Sequence record: CP021234.1
Length of the DNA stretch: 32,000 nt
Direction: 5' to 3' (one strand)
In this document: piece after piece, positions 8,300 to 17,208 of the stretch
Layout: each line of letters begins with the position of its first letter
How positions within the stretch are numbered: the first letter of the stretch is position 1
Notes under the pieces: model-generated
Told to the model about the DNA's origin: nothing
What the model saw: only the letters and a program-made list of their open reading frames with translations
Databases searched by the model: none
Made by a program: the position numbers and the translations under genes

Positions 8300-8367
8300 A
8301 TAGGACAATTAGACTCGAACTAATAATTCTATAATAAATAGCGTTATACCTTTATAACTATATCCTA
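8300..8367 (-). other. tRNA-like element or degenerate tRNA pseudogene
   Basis: The minus strand gives TAGGATA-TA-GTTA-TAAAGGTA-TAAC-G-..-ATTAG-TTCGAGT-CTAAT-TGTCCTA-T. The acceptor stem (7 bp, one G-T pair), D arm and T arm (5 bp, loop TTCGAGT) are good. The anticodon arm is about 4 nt too short (CTAT-TTATT-ATAG). Confidence 0.35.
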
Positions 8368-8503
8368 TCTAGCTATTTAAAGAAATGTTATTCCTTTCTG
8401 TTAAATAAGGAATTATATATCCGAAATAAAATTTATTATTATTTAAAAAGTAAAGATGACAATATAGTAAACATCAAAGTATTTCAAAGGGTTATTAATT
8501 TAA

Positions 8504-9103
8504 CTAAAGTAACTCGTCACTATAACTATTTAACATATATGAAGGTATAGTTGAAAATTCATAAGTAGTCGAAATTGATAATAAAATGACGGCTACCTTA
8601 TAACACTCTATCAAAGGAAATAGTAGATATAGAGTAATAACTAAATATAATTTAAAAACAAAAATGATCCGACAAATTTTAATCACTGCTGCCGCGAGAA
8701 TAAGAATCCTTCTTCATCCACTCGTGGCAGCGCATCCTTTTTCTATAATTGCTAACTTTAAGATTATGCAATTAATTACTAGAATTTCTCCCTCTACTAT
8801 TTTAAGTTTTTTAACTGTTTTTGTTAGAAATATTTCTGAAATGATCATGAGTATAGGAGTTGTATCCACAATTAGAATTGTATTAGGTATTAGACATGCA
8901 TTGAATATAAGAGCTGTTCCAACTGTGTTAAAAGATATTTTAAGGGGTAGAGCTAATCCAATAGCAATCGAAACTATTACTAGAATATTAGAACCTGAAT
9001 GGTTAAAACTTCTTAGAAATCATTTATCCTTTAGAAAAATATTAAATGTTATTCTATCTGTACTAACTATATTTTTATTCTTAAAACCTGTTATTCTTCT
9101 ATT
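8504..9103 (-). CDS. Antisense open frame (200 codons under code 4) overlapping the 5' third of the plus-strand ORF
   Basis: Open from the TAA at 9104-9106 to the stop at 8504 when TGA 8714-8716 is read as Trp. The product would be hydrophobic. It lies on the strand used by all other genes, but has no ATG near its 5' end. Confidence 0.2.
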
Positions 9104-9833
9104 TTATAGAACTATATTTGTTAGTTTATTTACAGTATTAGGTATTGTTTATACACCTTTATTTTCATCATTTAAAACTCTTAGAAAACTTGCTATTTAT
9201 ATTTTATCTTTCTTACCAGATTCTTTCTTTCCTTATCTTCCAGATAAAATTAGATATTTTTATAGAAAATATTGCTCATGGTCATCATGGATCCCGTCTT
9301 TATCTATTTTTAAAACTAAATCTAAATTAGCTAAAGTTAAAGAAATGGGCGTTGGTTTCAATAGCACCTTCTTTGAAGAAAAAAGCTTTAGGGATAAAAA
9401 TAAAAATTATATTTATACTATACTTGGTATTACATTTTTATTATTTATTTGGGATTATAAATATCCTGATACTCCTTATGTTCATCAAATTGTTGATTCT
9501 TTAAGAAGTGGTTTTAATTATGTTTCTACTACAATAGTTTGGATTAGAACTATTACTCTGTATCCTTTCACTTCTATTCTTGATTCTTTATCCCCAGCGG
9601 CACATATAAGAAATTTATTTACTATTCTGAAAAATAAATTTAATAGAAATGTAAATAGAGCTAATGTTGATATTCCAACTCAAGATAATCCATGGACAGA
9701 TACTAATAATGAATCAGATAAAGGTTCTGATAGTGGTTCAGATATTGGTTCAGATATTACCATTACTGAGAATAGAACAGGAACCGGTGCGTCAAGTACA
9801 CAAATACCAAATGATATTGATAATCCTTGGTAA
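8664..9833 (+). CDS. Hypothetical 389-aa protein, the only long plus-strand ORF. It has an Arg/Ile-rich N-terminal third lacking Tyr, hydrophobic segments and an acidic Ser/Asp-rich tail.
   Basis: The ATG at 8664 opens 389 codons in roughly 25 percent GC DNA, where stops should occur about every 11 codons. I recognise no family. Confidence 0.5.
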   Translation: MIRQILITAAARIRILLHPLVAAHPFSIIANFKIMQLITRISPSTILSFLTVFVRNISEMIMSIGVVSTIRIVLGIRHALNIRAVPTVLKDILRGRANPIAIETITRILEPEWLKLLRNHLSFRKILNVILSVLTIFLFLKPVILLFYRTIFVSLFTVLGIVYTPLFSSFKTLRKLAIYILSFLPDSFFPYLPDKIRYFYRKYCSWSSWIPSLSIFKTKSKLAKVKEMGVGFNSTFFEEKSFRDKNKNYIYTILGITFLLFIWDYKYPDTPYVHQIVDSLRSGFNYVSTTIVWIRTITLYPFTSILDSLSPAAHIRNLFTILKNKFNRNVNRANVDIPTQDNPWTDTNNESDKGSDSGSDIGSDITITENRTGTGASSTQIPNDIDNPW

Positions 9834-9984
9834 TCTTTATTTTTGACCGAGCCTCTTCAATTAACCAATTTATATAATTTCCCCCAGTGTTCTCATTATA
9901 ATTAAACAAAAATCAGGATAAAAATATAAACAATAATATAAAAATTTTTATATTTTAGTGAGAGTAGTTTAATAGCCTATAATA

Positions 9985-10017
9985 GACGGAGCCACGCTAA
10001 GCGTTACGGGGGGTTAA
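9985..10017. repeat. GC-rich cluster containing CGCTAAGCG and ending in G6-TTAA
   Basis: GACGGAGCCACGCTAAGCGTTACGGGGGGTTAA. The 9-mer CGCTAAGCG is at 9995-10003. Confidence 0.75.
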
Positions 10018-10062
10018 ATAAAAAATAAAAAAGTTTAAGAAATAAATAGGTTGATTATATTT

Positions 10063-10143
10063 GACGCTTAGCGTCGCCTATTCTTTCTCTCGCTAGCTCA
10101 CTCACTTAGATACTTAGTGAGGATGGCGGAAGCCCACCACTAG
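10063..10143. repeat. GC-rich cluster with two hairpins, about 25 nt downstream of the nad5 stop
   Basis: GACGC-TTA-GCGTC (10063-10075) is a perfect hairpin. CTCACTTAG-ATA-CTTAGTGAG (10101-10121) is a 9-bp stem with one mismatch. CACTCACTTAG (10099-10109) recurs exactly at 14041-14051. Confidence 0.8.
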
Positions 10144-10167
10144 TTATAAATTATAGTGATACAAGGC

Positions 10168-11442
10168 TTAGCCAAAAGAAGAAGGAGAAAGAACAAATAC
10201 TAAAGCTGCAAGATAAATAATAACTAATCTAATTTCACTAAATAAAGAAGTATCTATTAAAATAGGAGCAAATACTAAGAATAATAATGAAAGTAAACCT
10301 AAAGTTATATAAAGAGAATAAGTTGTTACTACTCCAGTATCTAATTTTCCTATATTAATACCTGTTTTAGTTAATGTATTAGATAATCCGTAAGGTCCTA
10401 CTAGTTCAATTACACCTCTATCTAATACTTTAGAAATTATGTAACCTAGTTTTAATCCACCGGCAATTATATAGTTATTATAAACAACATCAAATAGATA
10501 TTTACCATTTAAAAAGGTATAAATTTTTCTACCTACAGAAGTTTCAGTTAGTTCTATCACAAAATAAGGAGTATTATGATATAAGAAAACAGCTAAACTA
10601 GCCCCTACTAAAGATAATATAGCAGGTAATAATTTAATATAAATAGGTAAACTAAATTCAGCCTCAATAATTGAAATATTATTAGGGTGAATAAATAAAG
10701 AGTTACCGAAGAAATCTGTACCTACTCCTACAAATAAATCTGAAAATACAAAACCAAAGAAAATACTAAATAATGCTAGTATAAACAATGGTATTACTAC
10801 AGCTAAATTTGCTTCATGAGAATGTAAATAAGCATTTCGTGAACCATTAGGTACTGTTAAAAATACTAAAGAAATTAATCTAAAAGAATAAAAAGCAGTT
10901 AAACCTGCAGTTAAACTCCCTAATATAAAAGCAAAAGTACCACTAAAACTATATTGGGCATAAGCTAATTCTATAATTAAATCTTTACTATAAAATCCAG
11001 TTAACCATGGTGTAGCTAGTAATGATAAAGATCCTACTAACATTGCGGTATAAGTAAACGGTAAAAAGTTTATTAAACCTCCAAATCTTCTTACATCTTG
11101 TTGATCAGCAAAACTATGGATTACAGCACCTGCCCCTAAAAATAATAATGCTTTGAAGAAAGCGTGATTAATAACATGCATTAAAGCCACATTATATTGT
11201 GATAGCCCTACTGCCATTACCATGTATCCTAGCTGACTTATAGTAGAAAACGCAATAATTCGTTTTAAATCATTTTGTACTAAACCACAAGTAGCCGCAA
11301 AAAATGCCGTAGAAGCACCTACTAAAGTAATAACTAATAAAGCAGTACTACTATATTCCAGTAACGGTGATGATCGTACTAATAAATATAAACCAGCAGT
11401 AACCAGAGTAGCGGCATGAATTAAAGCTGAAACAGGAGTTGG
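10168..11442 (-). CDS. nad5: NADH dehydrogenase subunit 5, exon 2
   Basis: Begins PTPVSALIHAATLVTAGLYLLVRSSP.., the conserved continuation of ..LPGSMEG from exon 1. It is open to the stop at 10168. Confidence 0.9.
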   Translation of the reverse strand, partial: PTPVSALIHAATLVTAGLYLLVRSSPLLEYSSTALLVITLVGASTAFFAATCGLVQNDLKRIIAFSTISQLGYMVMAVGLSQYNVALMHVINHAFFKALLFLGAGAVIHSFADQQDVRRFGGLINFLPFTYTAMLVGSLSLLATPWLTGFYSKDLIIELAYAQYSFSGTFAFILGSLTAGLTAFYSFRLISLVFLTVPNGSRNAYLHSHEANLAVVIPLFILALFSIFFGFVFSDLFVGVGTDFFGNSLFIHPNNISIIEAEFSLPIYIKLLPAILSLVGASLAVFLYHNTPYFVIELTETSVGRKIYTFLNGKYLFDVVYNNYIIAGGLKLGYIISKVLDRGVIELVGPYGLSNTLTKTGINIGKLDTGVVTTYSLYITLGLLSLLFLVFAPILIDTSLFSEIRLVIIYLAALVFVLSPSSFG

Positions 11443-12798
11443 CAAAACCTTAAAATAAAAATTAAATTTAATTTATATTAATACTATTAAGGATTTTTGG
11501 ACTTTATCTTTAATTATCTAACTATAAACATTTTTATATTTTAAAGTTTTATTAGAATAATAATTAACGTAAAGTCTCTGAAGATATTTTTTTTTATCTT
11601 GCTAGTTATTTTTATATTTAAGAGATTTTTACTCTTAGATTAAGTTATAATTACTTTTTTTAATTTTTTAATTAAAATTAAAATAATAAATTTTTTATAA
11701 GTACTCAAAAATATTTTTTTAATGTTCTAGCATATAGTTAATTTTTGTTTTTTAAGTTTTTTTTTTACTTAAGGAGGGCCCAAATTATTAAATTATTCCA
11801 AATTTATTTTTTATTTTTTTAAATAACTTTACTTTAAAAAGTAATAGCTCAATTAAAAAGCTACTATCGCGCGCGTCCCTAACTTAGTTTGTTAATGAGG
11901 TGATTGAGGCTTAGCGAGGAGGACACCAGTTGAAAACAAAAAAAGATATATTTAGACTATATTTCAAATATTCTAAACTATAGATATATTAACTTATAGA
12001 GCATTGATGGAATAAAATGAGGTGTAACTAAAGATTTTAATTTATAAATATTTTCAGTTTTACTACTAAATCTAATTCTCGCTAAGCGGGTGAGTGAGTG
12101 AGACGTAAGGCCTCAACATATCTTCTTATTTTTTAATTCTACGTTTAGATGTTTGCTATTAAATCAAAGTTATCTTTAAGTAATTTATTATTAATTCTAC
12201 TTCTGATAAAGTAAAACTATCTGTACATAGATCTACTGTTTTTCTCGCGAGGCCAACCAATATTTAGAGGTACTATTTTTATAATTTTATTATTATCTTT
12301 GTTTAATACATACCATTGTTTATGATTTTAAGTTAGAGAGGGCAAGGTAAAATTTTAAAAAAGGTAAAGAGTGACAGGTTTACCTTATTTAGGATTAGGC
12401 CAAGTACGTGCCGCTTAGCGAAGGCCGCGAGAGGCAGAGCATTTGTATTAGATTTAGGTAATCCTTATACCCTTTTTTTAATTAAACCGTAAATGGCCAT
12501 ATCCTAATAATTATCCAATCATAGCTTCTTTTAATTTATAAGGTAATGGTACAAAAGGGACTGGTCTACCTATAAATCTACCATTTTAATATTATCCCAA
12601 ATGAGCAGGTAAAACACTCATGAATCCTAAGATATAAAGTAAATCATAATAAAAATAATTATTATTATCTAAACCGCAGTCAGAAAAAATATATAGATAT
12701 TTAATAAAAACTAAAATAAAATAGAAAAGTAAAGTGGTTAAAAAACAAACAAAAATAAATAAAAATAATCTAATAAAAACTAAAATTAAAGGATAGCA
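11443..12798 (-). other. nad5 intron (probably group I) with a decayed endonuclease gene and GC-cluster insertions
   Basis: Splitting at ..ATG GAG GGT|..TTG|CCA ACT CCT restores SMEG-PTPVSALIHAAT. The exon ends in T and the intron ends in G. GC clusters lie at 11866-11932, 12078-12116 and 12397-12440. Confidence 0.75.
11978..12590 (-). pseudogene. Decayed LAGLIDADG endonuclease gene within the nad5 intron
   Basis: Fragments in shifting frames: NGRFIGRPVPFVPLPYKLKEAMIG*LLGYGHLRFN (LAGLIDADG-type motif with an in-frame TAA), ..CTDSFTLSEVELIINYLK.., ..IRFSSKTENIYKLKSLVTPHFIPSMLYKL. GC clusters separate the fragments. Confidence 0.65.
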
Positions 12799-13515
12799 AC
12801 CCTCCATCGATCCTGGTAACCAGCTGTGTAATGGTATTTGAGCAGATTTAGCCATAGCTCCAGTAAGAAGTAGTAAACCAATTATAGTAATAGCTGTTTC
12901 ATTCATAAATGGTGCTAAACTAAAAACAGTAGCATAATCTATTGATCCAAATAAAGCAAATAAAGCAAAGAATCCAATACTTAGACCCATATCACCTACT
13001 CTATTCATTGTTAAAGCTAGTATAGCTGCCTTATTAGCTTGTAATCTAGTAAACCAGAAATTAATTAGTAAGTATGAAACAACTCCTATACCTTCCCAAC
13101 CAACAAACATTACAAAATAATTAGCCCCTGAAACTAATAATAACATAAAAAAAGTGAATAAAGATAGATAAGAGAAAAATCTTTGATTGTGAGGATCTTC
13201 AGACATGTAATCTGTAGAAAAAATATGGATTAAAGAAGAAATATATAACACAGGTATAAACATTGAAACAGTTAATTGATCAAATAAAAATTCCCAAGAA
13301 ATAGAAAGAAACTCTGAATCAATCCAACTATTTAAATGAATTGAAAGAGGTGAACCACATATACCTACTTCATAAAAAGCAACACTCGCTAATATTGATG
13401 ATAAGATTAGACAAGTACAGGTTATTAAATGTGCTCCACTTACTCCTATTTTTCGTCCCATGAAACCTGAGACCATTGATCCTAATAAAGGTAAAATTAA
13501 TATAGAAAGATACAT
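12799..13515 (-). CDS. nad5: NADH dehydrogenase subunit 5, exon 1
   Basis: [73 protein letters not shown]. The ATG at 13515 overlaps the nad4L stop by 1 nt. Confidence 0.92.
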
Positions 13516-13781
13516 TAGCTTCTTAATGAAATGTTTCCTCTTAATCGATAAAAAGCTACAAGAATACTTAAACCTATAACAGATTCTGCTCCTGCTATTG
13601 AGATAATAAATATACTAAAAGTTTGTCCTATACCATCATCGAAAGTGAATGAACTAATTAAAACTAACAGTGTAACAGCTAATAGCATTATTTCTATGGC
13701 AATAATCATTAAGATAATATTTTTTCGATTTAAAATAAATCCTAAAATACCTATTAAAAATAAGAATAATGACAGATTCAT
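13515..13781 (-). CDS. nad4L: NADH dehydrogenase subunit 4L
   Basis: 88 aa: [61 protein letters not shown]. The TAATG overlap with nad5 is typical of fungal mtDNA. Confidence 0.92.
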   Translation of the reverse strand: MNLSLFLFLIGILGFILNRKNIILMIIAIEIMLLAVTLLVLISSFTFDDGIGQTFSIFIISIAGAESVIGLSILVAFYRLRGNISLRS

Positions 13782-14007
13782 AGTTTATGTATTTGTAAAA
13801 TTCCTTTGGGTACCGGTAATAATTGTAATGTAGTAATATTGCAATAATTAATATCGCAATAAAAATAATATTTTTTATTATTAAAAAAAAAAAACATAAC
13901 ATAAAAAAAAATTTTTTGTTTTATTTACTATAGTAAATAAGGGTTTCATACTAAAGGGGTATTTAATAATATATCATTTAAGTAATTATAAGATAAAATA
14001 TACCTTT

Positions 14008-14103
14008 AGCTGCCTGCCTACCCGCACTCTAGCTTAGCGGCACTCACTTAGTCAGGGACGTGGGACCGGGGGTCAATCACTCACACACTTAGTTTAAGTG
14101 AGA
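14008..14103. repeat. GC-rich modular cluster upstream of nad4L
   Basis: GCTGCCTGCCTACCCGCACTCTAGCTTAGCGGCACTCACTTAGTCAGGGACGTGGGACCGGGGGTCAATCACTCACACACTTAGTTTAAGTGAG. It carries the GCTTAGCG, CACTCACTTAG and GGACGTGGG modules. Confidence 0.8.
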
Positions 14104-14952
14104 AAATTAATAACTTAAATTAATTTTATTTTTTACAGGATATACTCTCTTTACTATCATTATAAGTTGTATTTTCCTATTTTGTTTATTATATTAGTAT
14201 AGTGATATTAGGTAGGGCGTATGGTTATAAAACAAAGCCTAAAATAGGCAATGTACCTATAATTAACCATTAAAATTTATTAATATTATTATTAATATTA
14301 TTATACATTATTATTATACATTATAAAAACATAGTGAGGTAGCGGCATATCCAGATGAAGACGTAGCCGCACTACCAATAAGTAATTTCATTAATACTGT
14401 AAATGCTTTATGTTGATGCATTATAAAGTAACCAGACCAGAGGTCTGATATAAAAACAAAAAATTTTGTTTTATTTTATTTTAATAATATTTCATAATAG
14501 CTAAAGAACCATATTTCCCATATGTTGACGCAACCATCATTATTAATAATGAAAATAATATAAAATAAATCCAAAAAGTATTTGATTTTCTCCTTATGGA
14601 TATTATTTTTTTAAACAATATAAATATATTTACCTAAAGGTAAATTTTTAATTAATATTTTCTAAAGAGATATTATTAGCTATAATAAGTTTTACCGTTA
14701 AGATAAAAATACCCATCATAATTAAATAAATCATTATGTAATGGATAGTTAAATTATAACTTAATAATTCTATCACTTGATTTTTTATGGTTAAAGAGAA
14801 TTCACTAGATTCTAACGGAGAATTTATAAAATAAAATTTTCAGTTATAGTTACATCCTCAGATATTTGCTTTCCATTTTGTTTAAAAATAAAATAATAAA
14901 ATCTTTTTATATATTTTTTTCATGTTGTGTTAAAGTTTGTTTTCATTTTTTT

Positions 14953-14976
14953 AATTATAATTATAATTATAATTAT
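14953..14976. repeat. Hexanucleotide microsatellite (AATTAT)x4
   Basis: Direct reading of AATTATAATTATAATTATAATTAT. Confidence 0.8.
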
Positions 14977-15560
14977 TTGTAAAAAAAAAAATTTAGAAGA
15001 TATAATCATTTAACCAGCAATATCTTAATACAGTAATAGGAAATTGACGAATAAAATAATAAAATAATATTAATAAAATATTATGTATATTATCTGGTGT
15101 TTGTGAGTTTAAGAAACAATTCAAATCAAATACTATAAAACCCATCTAAACTACTGTAACTATTAAAATTAGTGATCTAAATATTTCAAAAAGAACGCAA
15201 ACACACAATCAGCTAGGATGACGCAAACCAGATAAAATATAAAAATTTCAAAAATCAAAATTCAAATATCCTATCATAGAAGTTATAAAAGTGGTGGATA
15301 AAAAAAAGAAAGAATAGAGATTAAAAACAGAATAAACAAAAATAAATTAGTTTTTATAAAATTATTTTTTTTTTATTATATTTTTTTTTCTAAATCATCA
15401 AATTTACTAATCTCGTATAGATCCATTATTTAACTTTTATGAAAGAAGGAATAAATTTAGGTAGAATAGGTATATCATTTAATTTATTAAATTTATTAAT
15501 AATCTTTAATATTATTATATTATATAAGATTATTAAACTTATTATTAGAGAGATAAATAT

Positions 15561-16082
15561 TTATATATATAAAATATTACTACTAATAAATAACTTATAC
15601 ATTTTAAAGACACCACCTAAATAAGTAATATCCAGAAAAATAACAAGAACTAATAAAATAATTACTATAAATAATTTAAGCCATTTATTTAAAATTTTAA
15701 TGTGAAAAAAAAATAAGAGAACTGAATTGTTAGTTTTATTAAGAGACGTTGAAGTATTTACAGAGATATCTACTTTATTTGGTTCTTTATATAAAGAATA
15801 CATACTATAAATACCAGCCATTACCACTAAAGCTCCACAGCTATTAAAAATAAATTTATTTCTATTTATCATTTTTAAAGCTTTTAGTCTAGCTCTATCT
15901 GTTGTAAATGAATTTAATTCAACTCTAGTTGATTTATCATAAGTTATTACTATACCTTTATAAAGTAATAAACTACTTATAAAAAATAAACATACTTTAC
16001 CTTCTAGAGTTGTATCCTTTATTTTTTTATGTAATAATTGTATATGTTTTATCCCAAATTTCTGATAATTTATTTCCATCAA
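15561..16082 (-). CDS. Hypothetical membrane protein (173 aa; several hydrophobic segments)
   Basis: ORF-track entry. I recognise no family. It overlaps the 3' end of ORF 16027-16275 in another frame, so the two may be one frameshifted gene. Confidence 0.35.
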   Translation of the reverse strand: MMEINYQKFGIKHIQLLHKKIKDTTLEGKVCLFFISSLLLYKGIVITYDKSTRVELNSFTTDRARLKALKMINRNKFIFNSCGALVVMAGIYSMYSLYKEPNKVDISVNTSTSLNKTNNSVLLFFFHIKILNKWLKLFIVIILLVLVIFLDITYLGGVFKMYKLFISSNILYI

Positions 16083-16275
16083 TTATTATTTTACCATCTT
16101 TAGATAATTCTATTACTTTAGTTGAATTATTTTTATTATTAATAATTTCTGATAAATTATTATTTAGATTATTAATTAATCGACTACTAATATTTTCATT
16201 TGTAGTTAAAAATATTGAAGTAATATTTTTTTTTAGTTCAGGTATTTTATCTATTATTGATTCAGTATTAGACAT
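16027..16275 (-). CDS. Hypothetical N/I/S-rich protein (82 aa)
   Basis: ORF-track entry starting at ATG, with low-complexity composition. It may be the N-terminal part of 15561-16082. Confidence 0.3.
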   Translation of the reverse strand: MSNTESIIDKIPELKKNITSIFLTTNENISSRLINNLNNNLSEIINNKNNSTKVIELSKDGKIIIDGNKLSEIWDKTYTIIT

Positions 16276-16455
16276 ACCATTTTGATAGAAATCTTTTTTT
16301 ATTTATAGTTGTAAAATTCTTTATTAACAATATTAATAAATATAAAAAATTTGAGGTTATTTAAGATTCTTTTATTTTTAAGAAATAAATAGCCAATAAT
16401 TGTTCGAAATTTAATTGATTTAATAATAATCTAAAAAATCTAATAGATTTTCCAT

Positions 16456-16839
16456 TTAATAAAAAACTAAGAGATTAATACAAATCCCTACAATACAGAC
16501 AACAAACAACACAAAAATATTCCACATTAAATAGTATCTTTGAAACATAGCTCTTACTTTAAAAAAAGTATATAATTTAGGATACTTATTTTCTAGATCA
16601 AAGTACTTAATAATTTCATTACCAAAGAATATACCTAATATATTAAAAACAGTCAACAATAAAATCATAAAAATGATTAAATGTAAAAAAGCAGATTCTT
16701 CCAAAAGTGTCAAGCTATCTAGATAATTGTAAATCTGATTAATAAAATCTCCAATATCCGAAACTAAATTATTACCATCTTTACCTCCTTTTGTATATTT
16801 TTCTATTACCTTTTGAACATCACCAAATTCATTTCCCAT
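16456..16839 (-). CDS. C-terminal half of the TM/coiled-coil/TM ORF family, copy 2
   Basis: 127 aa starting at ATG. ..VIEKYTKGGKDGNN..ILGIFFGNEIIKYFDLENKYPKLYTFFKVRAMFQRYYLMWNIFVLFVV.. is homologous to 7215-7628. Confidence 0.6.
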   Translation of the reverse strand: MGNEFGDVQKVIEKYTKGGKDGNNLVSDIGDFINQIYNYLDSLTLLEESAFLHLIIFMILLLTVFNILGIFFGNEIIKYFDLENKYPKLYTFFKVRAMFQRYYLMWNIFVLFVVCIVGICINLLVFY

Positions 16840-16875
16840 TTTGTCAAGATATTCACTAATTTTTGATTTATTTTC

Positions 16876-17094
16876 TTAACCTATATTACTATTATTAATG
16901 AGATTATCTAAGTTTTCTTTTGATTCCTTCATAGAAGTAAACTTTGTTCTAACTAAATTTTCTTCTTCAGCAGACATAGTTTGTCCATTATCTACTTTGT
17001 TAATAAGTTGATCAATTTTATAAGACAAATCATCCACACCTTTTTCTACTCTAGTAGCTTGTTCATCTATTTGAATTTGTGCATCATTTTCCAA
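16876..17094 (-). CDS. Coiled-coil middle part of family copy 2
   Basis: ENDAQIQIDEQATRVEKGVDDLSYKIDQLINKVDNGQ.. is in the same frame as 16456-16839 and is separated from it only by TAA 16876-16878. An upstream TM-like segment (about 17112-17205) is cut off by another in-frame TAA, and there is no ATG. Confidence 0.45.
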   Translation of the reverse strand: MENDAQIQIDEQATRVEKGVDDLSYKIDQLINKVDNGQTMSAEEENLVRTKFTSMKESKENLDNLINNSNIG

Positions 17095-17208
17095 TTCTCT
17101 TTATTTTCGATCTAATAGTATAACACCATTTTGAGGTGCACATAACACAAGGACACCTCCACCAAGGACTGTTAATATTTGTTTTATATTGAATTTTGTA
17201 ATTTTTAA

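Noticed and set aside
9145-9846. Short plus-strand ORFs 9145-9330 and 9664-9846.
   Set aside because: They are alternative frames nested in or overlapping the 389-codon ORF, and nothing supports them independently.
12592-12798. Continuation of the nad5 exon 1 ORF ([14 protein letters not shown]..) into the intron.
   Set aside because: It is not NAD5 sequence. The conserved ..SMEG|PTPVSALIHAAT junction shows the exon ends at 12799. The read-through is hydrophobic low-complexity translation of AT-rich intron DNA.
13654-13902. Minus-strand 82-aa ORF overlapping nad4L in another frame.
   Set aside because: nad4L is clearly the real frame there. The upstream extension is a poly-A/T-rich spacer.
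14460-14960. Small minus-strand peptides in the nad4L upstream spacer (for example ..FWIYFILFSLLIMMVASTYGKYG.. and MKTNFNTTWKKYIKRF..) considered as atp8-like or other small genes.
   Set aside because: There is no MPQL-type atp8 N-terminus and no atp9 signature. The ORFs are under 60 codons, need frameshifts to extend, and have only a weak resemblance to the ORF family.
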